DNA of 64,000 nucleotides, from contig OZ245817.1 of the NCBI GenBank assembly GCA_965228475.1, positions 4,942,158-5,006,157 of the forward strand. The letters run 5' to 3'. Every line of letters starts with the position of its first letter. Within the stretch, counting starts at the first letter, position 1. Under the pieces are notes generated by a model. It made no database searches. It worked only from the letters and a program-made list of their open reading frames with translations, and was not told where the DNA came from. Positions 58,615-64,000 of the stretch are shown here, one piece after another. Both the position numbers and the translations under genes were made by a program. This stretch comes from Myxococcota bacterium. Its GTDB lineage: Bacteria; Myxococcota_A; UBA9160; JAFDDA01.

Positions 58615-59925
58615 ATGAGAATTCGTCTCGCAGGATGGGCCGTGGCCGCCGCGCTGCTGCTGGCGCTGCCGGCCGACGCCGCGCGCCTCGAGCAGGTGCG
58701 GGTGGGCGACCATTCGAAGTACACGCGGATCGTGCTCGAGTTCGACGGGCCGGCCGAGTACGGCGTCGAGAAGAACGCCGGCGGCGGGTCGGAGCTTCGG
58801 ATCGGCCTCGATGCCGACGCCGCGGGGCGCGTGCTGACCTCGCGCAGCCGGCTCGTCGAGAGCGTCACGGTGCGGCCCGGCGCTGGCGGCAGCGAAGCCC
58901 GCGTGAAGCTGCGCCGCCCGAACGTGACCGTCCGCGAGATGGTGTTGAAGAACCCCTACCGGATCGTGCTCGACGTCTCGCCCGCGGCCGCCACCGCCGC
59001 CGCGCCGGCGCCGAAGGCGGTGGCCCGCGCTCCGGAGCCCGCGCCGGCCGCGACGCCGACGCCGGCCGCCGAGCCCGAGGCTCCCGAGCCGTCGCCCGCC
59101 GCCGAGCCGGCTGCAGCCGAAGAAGACCCGGCCGAGGCCGCCCTCGCGGCTGCCGTCGAGGCGATCCGCGGTGAAGAGGAAGGAGCGGATTCCGAGGCCG
59201 TCGCCGAAGCCGCAGACTCGGCCGCCGAGGAGATCGCCCAGGCGGCCGTCGGCAACCCCGAAGCCGACGCCGTGGCCGAGGACGAAGAGACCTCGATCCC
59301 CGTGGCCGTCGGCGGCCAGCCGCCCGAAGAGCCCCAGGCCGTCGCGGCCTCCGGTGACGCGGGCTTCGACATGACCTGGCTCCTCGCCGCGGTCGCGGTC
59401 CTGCTGGTCGTCTTCCTGGTGCTTCGCCGCCGCTCGGAGCGGTTCACCCGGGAGGCCGCGGCAACGCCCTGGCCCCCGCCCGGGGCCGAGGAGCGGCCCG
59501 AGTACACGGCGAGCCGCGCTACCGAGGAGCTCGAGCCCCACGTCCCCGGCGCGCCGGAGACGGCCGTGGTGGCGGAGGCCGAGGAGGCTCACGAGCCCGA
59601 CCCCGAGCCCGACCCTGGTTCGGCGGGGGACGAGCCCGCCCTGCCCCAGCCCGCAGTGGCCGCCGCCTTCGCGGGCGCCGCCGCGGCCAGCGAACCCGAA
59701 GTCGTCGCCAAGGAGGACGCCCGCGTGATCGAAGAGCTCGAACGCCGCATCGAACGATTGGAAGCCCGGCTCTCGGACACCCTGGATGCGCGCGAACGCC
59801 TCGAGCGCCAGATGGCCGCCCACACCGAAGAACTCCGGGTCCAGCGGGCCGCCATCGCACGCACCCAGCGCGCCCTCCGGGCCGCCGTGAAAACCCCTGA
59901 ATCCTCTGCCGAAATGGCCCCCTGA
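58615..59925 (+). CDS. Signal peptide + AMIN-like domain + Ala/Pro/Glu-rich linker + TM + C-terminal coiled coil
   Basis: VRVGDHSKYTRIVLEFD...L.NPYRIVLDV AMIN pattern; TM WLLAAVAVLLVVFLVL; IEELERRIERLE heptads. Confidence 0.75.
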   Translation: MRIRLAGWAVAAALLLALPADAARLEQVRVGDHSKYTRIVLEFDGPAEYGVEKNAGGGSELRIGLDADAAGRVLTSRSRLVESVTVRPGAGGSEARVKLRRPNVTVREMVLKNPYRIVLDVSPAAATAAAPAPKAVARAPEPAPAATPTPAAEPEAPEPSPAAEPAAAEEDPAEAALAAAVEAIRGEEEGADSEAVAEAADSAAEEIAQAAVGNPEADAVAEDEETSIPVAVGGQPPEEPQAVAASGDAGFDMTWLLAAVAVLLVVFLVLRRRSERFTREAAATPWPPPGAEERPEYTASRATEELEPHVPGAPETAVVAEAEEAHEPDPEPDPGSAGDEPALPQPAVAAAFAGAAAASEPEVVAKEDARVIEELERRIERLEARLSDTLDARERLERQMAAHTEELRVQRAAIARTQRALRAAVKTPESSAEMAP

Positions 59926-60037
59926 GCCGACCCCCCGGTTCCGGCCATGGCCGGGCCGGGCTCGGGCGTGGCGGCTAGGGGCGACCCCGGAGCAGGCCCC
60001 CGGCAGGCGGGCGGCGTTTCCCCAGCAGAAAACGGGC

Positions 60038-60064
60038 TAAATCCCGGGCAAGGCTTGCCGATAG
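60038..60064 (+). promoter_or_regulatory. sigma28 (FliA)-type promoter
   Basis: TAAA-N15-GCCGATAG, near-perfect match to TAAA-N15-GCCGATAA. Confidence 0.6.
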
Positions 60065-60135
60065 AACCCTCGGAGCCTCGGCTGAACCCCGTAGCGAACA
60101 CTGGGTCACCGCCGCGCCGCTCCAGAGGGGGGAAC

Positions 60136-60777
60136 ATGGAGACCACCATCCTGGTCGCCGACGATCACCAGATCGTCCGGCAGGGCATCCGTCGCCTGCT
60201 TTCGAAGCGGGAAGACTTCAGCGTCGTGGCCGAGGCCTCGAACGGCGAACAGGCCGTCGAGCTGGCCGAGCGCAAGCAACCCGACGTCATCCTGATGGAC
60301 ATCTCGATGCCGCGCATGTCCGGCATCGACGCCACGCGCCAGATCAGCCGCGGCGGGCAGACGAAGATCCTCGCGCTCTCGATGCACGACGGGCAGAGCT
60401 ACGTCGAGGAGGCCCTCCGCGCCGGCGCTTCGGGCTACGTGCACAAGAACGCCTCGGCGGAAGACCTGTGCAGCGCCATCGATGCCGTGCGCACCGGGGA
60501 GTCCTACCTCTCGCCGACCGTGACGCAGCAGGTCGTGGACGCGATCGCGCGGCCGGGCGACCGCCCGTCCTCCGCGGTGAGCGCCCTCACCGCGCGCGAG
60601 CGCGAGGTGCTCAAGCTGATCGCCGATGGGCTCTCGAGCAAGGAGATCGCCAGCAAGCTCGGCGTCTCGCTCAAGACGATCGAGTCCCACCGAGCGAACC
60701 TGATGGACAAACTCGACATCCATAAGGTGTCCGGGTTGGTGCGATTCGCCGTTCGGGCGGGCCTGGTCGCCCCGTAA
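60136..60777 (+). CDS. NarL/LuxR-family response regulator (orphan)
   Basis: ADDH, LMDISMP, LSMH, GYVHK, LTAREREVL..IADG.SSKEIA..L.VS.KT. Confidence 0.94.
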   Translation: METTILVADDHQIVRQGIRRLLSKREDFSVVAEASNGEQAVELAERKQPDVILMDISMPRMSGIDATRQISRGGQTKILALSMHDGQSYVEEALRAGASGYVHKNASAEDLCSAIDAVRTGESYLSPTVTQQVVDAIARPGDRPSSAVSALTAREREVLKLIADGLSSKEIASKLGVSLKTIESHRANLMDKLDIHKVSGLVRFAVRAGLVAP

Positions 60778-60894
60778 GGGGAGCGGCCCCGGTTCGCCGA
60801 CGGGCGGAACCCTCCGAAAACAGGGGGATTCCGCCCCGAAAACGTCGTGTTACCCTCCCGGCGACGTCGGCAACCAGCCCCTCGGATCGCCCAC

Positions 60895-62673
60895 ATGTAC
60901 CTCGAGTCCTTCGGGCTCCGGGAAAAGCCCTTCGCGCTCTCCCCGGACCCCCGATACCTGTTCCTCGCTGAATCCCACCGGGAAGCCCTGGCCCATCTGC
61001 TCTACGGAGTCGATCAGGGCGAGGGCTTCATCGCCGTGGTGGGCGAGGTGGGAACGGGCAAGACGACGCTCTGCCGCACCCTCCTGCAGCGGCTCGGCGC
61101 CGAGACCGAGGTCGCCTTCCTCTTCAATCCGGACCTCTCGCCGGTCGAGCTGCTCGAATCCGTCTGCACCGAGTTCGGCGTCGCCGTGCCGGGCGGGGCG
61201 TCGCGCCGCGATCTGCTCGAGCGGATCAACGAGTTCCTCGTCCACAACAAGCGCCAGGATCGGCGCGTCCTGCTGATCATCGACGAGGCCCAGAACCTGC
61301 CGGACGAGACCCTCGAGCAGGTGCGTCTGCTCTCGAACCTCGAGACCGAGACCAGCAAGCTGATCCAGATCATCCTGCTCGGGCAGCCCGAGCTCGAGGC
61401 GAAGCTCGCCCAGGAGAACCTGCGTCAGCTGCGTCAACGCATCAGCGTGTGGTGGACGCTCGGGCCTTTGACGCGCGCCGAGACGAGCGAGTACGTGCGC
61501 CATCGCCTGCGCGTCGCCGGCGGGGCGAACCGGAGCTGCTTCACCGAGAGCGCCCTGCGCGAGGTGCACCGGCAGTCGGCCGGGGTGCCGCGCGTCGTGA
61601 ACATCCTGTGCGACCGCGCCCTGCTCGCGGCCTACGCGGACGAGGCGCGCGACGTGACCGCGCGTCACGTGAAGGGCGCCGTCTCGGAGCTGGCCGCGGG
61701 CCGGCGCGGGGCGAAGCGGAGCCCGCGCCGCCGCGCTCCGCACGCCGGCTGGTGGGCCGCTGCCGGCGTGGCCGTGCTCGCCTTCGGGGCCTACCAGCTC
61801 TTCGGGGTTCCGGGGTGGCTGGCCGGGCGTTCCGACCGCCTGCCCGCCGTGTCCGCCCCGCCGCCGGCCGAGGAGCCTTCCCGCGGCGCGCCAGGCGCCG
61901 CTGCGACGAGCCGCGTCGTTCCGCAGACGTCGAGTCCGACGGCGCTGGCGAGCTTCGATGGGCAGCCCTCCGTCTCCGCCGCGCCCGACTTCTCCGAGGC
62001 CGCCGCTTCTGCCCTCGACGTCGCGGCCCCCGCGCCGCCCGATCTGGAGGCCCTGCTCGCAGGCTCCTCGGGCCCCGGCGCCGACGCCGCCGCCGTGACG
62101 GCGCTCCTCGAGAGCTGGATGCTCACGCCCTCGCCCGGCCTCGACACGATCGACGGGCTCGGCCGCGAGCTTCCGGACTTCGGTCTCCGCCTGGTCCGCC
62201 TCGAGGGCGTCTCGCTGGCCGCCATCGGTGCGTTGAACCACCCGGCCGCGATCGAGGTGCTCGGCGCCGACGGCCGGCCGCGCTGGATCGTGCTGCGTCA
62301 CCTCGAGGGCGAGGAGGCCGTGGTGCCCGGGCTCGAGGCGCCCGGCCCGTCGCGCGTTCCGCTGGCGGAGATCGAAGCGCGCTTCACCGGCCGCGCGCGC
62401 GTTCCCTGGCGAGACTTCGTGCGCACGCCGCCGGTCCTGCGCGACGGCCACGCCGGAAGCTCGGTGCTCTGGCTCCAGCGCCAGCTCGGCCTGCTCGGTT
62501 TCTATGCCGAGGTGCCGAGCGGTCGCTACGATCCGGCGACGCGCGCGGCCGTCGAGGCGTTCCAGCGCAGCCGCGGCCTCACCCCCGACGGAGAAGTCGG
62601 GCCGCGCACCAAGATGGTCCTCTACGACGCCCTCGGCGCCTACGAATTTCCCCGCTTGCGGGAGGCCGGATGA
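60895..62673 (+). CDS. exeA: ExeA/GspA-family AAA ATPase with peptidoglycan-binding domain
   Basis: MYLESFGLREKPF..PDP, GEVGTGKTT, IDEAQNL, LLGQPEL, QLRQRI; TM; C-terminal FQRSRGL.PDG.VGP.T. Confidence 0.9.
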   Translation: MYLESFGLREKPFALSPDPRYLFLAESHREALAHLLYGVDQGEGFIAVVGEVGTGKTTLCRTLLQRLGAETEVAFLFNPDLSPVELLESVCTEFGVAVPGGASRRDLLERINEFLVHNKRQDRRVLLIIDEAQNLPDETLEQVRLLSNLETETSKLIQIILLGQPELEAKLAQENLRQLRQRISVWWTLGPLTRAETSEYVRHRLRVAGGANRSCFTESALREVHRQSAGVPRVVNILCDRALLAAYADEARDVTARHVKGAVSELAAGRRGAKRSPRRRAPHAGWWAAAGVAVLAFGAYQLFGVPGWLAGRSDRLPAVSAPPPAEEPSRGAPGAAATSRVVPQTSSPTALASFDGQPSVSAAPDFSEAAASALDVAAPAPPDLEALLAGSSGPGADAAAVTALLESWMLTPSPGLDTIDGLGRELPDFGLRLVRLEGVSLAAIGALNHPAAIEVLGADGRPRWIVLRHLEGEEAVVPGLEAPGPSRVPLAEIEARFTGRARVPWRDFVRTPPVLRDGHAGSSVLWLQRQLGLLGFYAEVPSGRYDPATRAAVEAFQRSRGLTPDGEVGPRTKMVLYDALGAYEFPRLREAG

Positions 62674-63801
62674 GCACGATCCTGAAGGCGCTCCGGCGCC
62701 TCGAAGAAGAGCGCGACGCCCAGAAGGAGCAGGCGCTGCGCGATCAGGTCGTGGCCGGCCCGGGCGAGCCCTCGCGGCCCCGCTTCCCGCTGCTTGCCGC
62801 TGCGGGCGCGGGGGGCGCGATCCTCGTCGTCGCCCTGTTCTTCTTCTTCTTTTCCGGGGGTGACGAAACGCCGCCCGATTCCGTTGCCAGCGCTCCGGCC
62901 GCGCGGGCCGTCGCCGCCGACCCGCCGCGCAGCGCTGCGCCGCCGCGAACCCCCGCGCCGGCGCAAACCGTCGAGCCCGCGCGACCGGCGCCGGCGCCGG
63001 CCGTCGTGCCGGAGGGGATGGTCCTTCCGAGTGGCGTCCCGAACCCGGTCCTGGCCCAGCGGCGCGCTGCGGCGCCGCCCCCGGCCGACGACGGGCCGAC
63101 GCTGATCCAGCCGCGCAGAATTCCCTCGGACGCCTCCCCGCCGCCGCCCGCGCCGGCCCGAAGCGCTCCCGTCGCCGAGGTCGAGCCGACGTCACCGGTC
63201 GCTGCCGAGCCCTCGCCGGCCGAGCTTCGCCGCGCGGCGTTCCGGCGACAGCAGATGGAGGCGGGCGTCGAGGAGTCCATGCTCGCGCGCCCGACCGCGC
63301 CGGCCCCCGACCCCGCGCGCCGGACGACGCGGTCGGCTTCGCCGCCGGCCCCGGCTCCCGCGGCCGAGCGTCCCGCGCCGGCGCCGAAACCGGCCGTGGT
63401 ACCTCCCAAGCCGATCGAGACGGCATCGGCCGCGCCGGCTCCGAAGCCCGCTCCCGCTCCCGCACCGAAGGCGAGCCCGCCATCGTCTTCGGCGCCCGCC
63501 GCGTCATCCCTGCCGAAGCCCGCGGCCGAGACTCCCGCGCCCGCCGCTCCGCCCCAAGATCGCCGGCCAGCCCCAGGTGGCTTCCCGGGCGCCGCTGCCG
63601 GAGCTCGTCGTGACGCGGACGCTCTGGCACCCGACGCCCGAGCGCCGCCGGGCCCTGCTCGAGGTGGAAGGCCGCGAGGGCCCCGTCGAGCTCGGCGAGG
63701 GCGACGCCGTCGGCGACGCCGTGATCCGCCAGATCGACCCGAGCGCGGTGATTTTCCTCCACCGCGGGGTCGAGATCCGCCGCCGCGTCGGAGCCCGCTG
63801 A
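62670..63801 (+). CDS. exeB: ExeB/GspB-like protein, frameshifted near 63553
   Basis: MSTILKALRRLEEER N-terminal motif, TM and Pro-rich linker; the C-terminal domain (WHPTPERRRA...L.EGD.V...QIDPSAVIF) lies in the +1 frame. Confidence 0.75.
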
Positions 63802-63966
63802 CCCTCGTTCCGAGGCGTCGGCGCCCGCCACCGAAGTTTCCCCGCACAGCCTGCGTCGAAGGTCGAACACCGAACGAAGGTGGACGCCGGAGTGGGCCCC
63901 CATGCGAGACTGACTCCGACACCCGCCAGGACGGCACTTCCTGCCGCCCCCACCCTGGAGGTTCCC

Positions 63967-64000
63967 ATGCGCGCCCTCGACATCCTCAAAGGCTTCTTCG
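63967..64000 (+). CDS. Start of a CDS truncated by the window end
   Basis: GGAGG RBS then ATG CGC GCC CTC GAC ATC (MRALDILKGFF). Confidence 0.45.
   Translation, partial: MRALDILKGFF

Noticed and set aside
62880..63560. Repetitive CCGGCG/GCGCCG-rich DNA (also 58980-59120) resembling a repeat array
   Set aside because: Encodes Pro/Ala-rich protein linkers; no fixed repeat-spacer periodicity, so not CRISPR
63802..63966. Short hairpins (CGGAGT/ACTCCG, CGGCA/TGCCG) upstream of the last ORF as a riboswitch
   Set aside because: No recognisable riboswitch consensus; such stems are expected at this GC content and the downstream gene is unknown

Overview
GC-rich (about 70% by eye) bacterial chromosomal window, densely coding (about 65 CDS). 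I found no rRNA, tRNA, CRISPR array, integrase or transposase. Gene content suggests a marine or saline Myxococcota/deltaproteobacterium-like organism, probably a MAG (inference). The content includes: a Na+-NQR operon with apbE and nqrM; a PEP-CTERM protein; a TSP3/dockerin-tailed secreted protein; many acyl-CoA, amidohydrolase, Rieske and LLM enzymes; and exeAB. Housekeeping genes are rplC, rlmE, rimO, tal, rpiA, nqrA-F, rnhA, ychF, tgt, pyrE and trkH. The most notable oddities are: (1) a 160-aa signal-peptide protein made of two conserved motifs of contractile-injection-system/phage baseplate proteins, with no other tail genes nearby; (2) rplC outside the S10 operon and in frame with an rlmE that lacks a canonical start codon; (3) a 42-aa K/R-rich ORF heading tgt-ychF, a candidate lineage-specific ribosomal protein; (4) a tandem pair of Get3d-like ArsA ATPases behind a zinc-ribbon gene whose leader can fold to sequester its RBS; (5) a sigma54-autoregulated 2TM kinase/NtrC/PspA-like module; (6) three sigma28-type promoters. 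Three single-base frameshifts suggest sequencing or assembly error, so single-base anomalies need read-level confirmation. All family calls come from motif recognition by eye, not from database searches.
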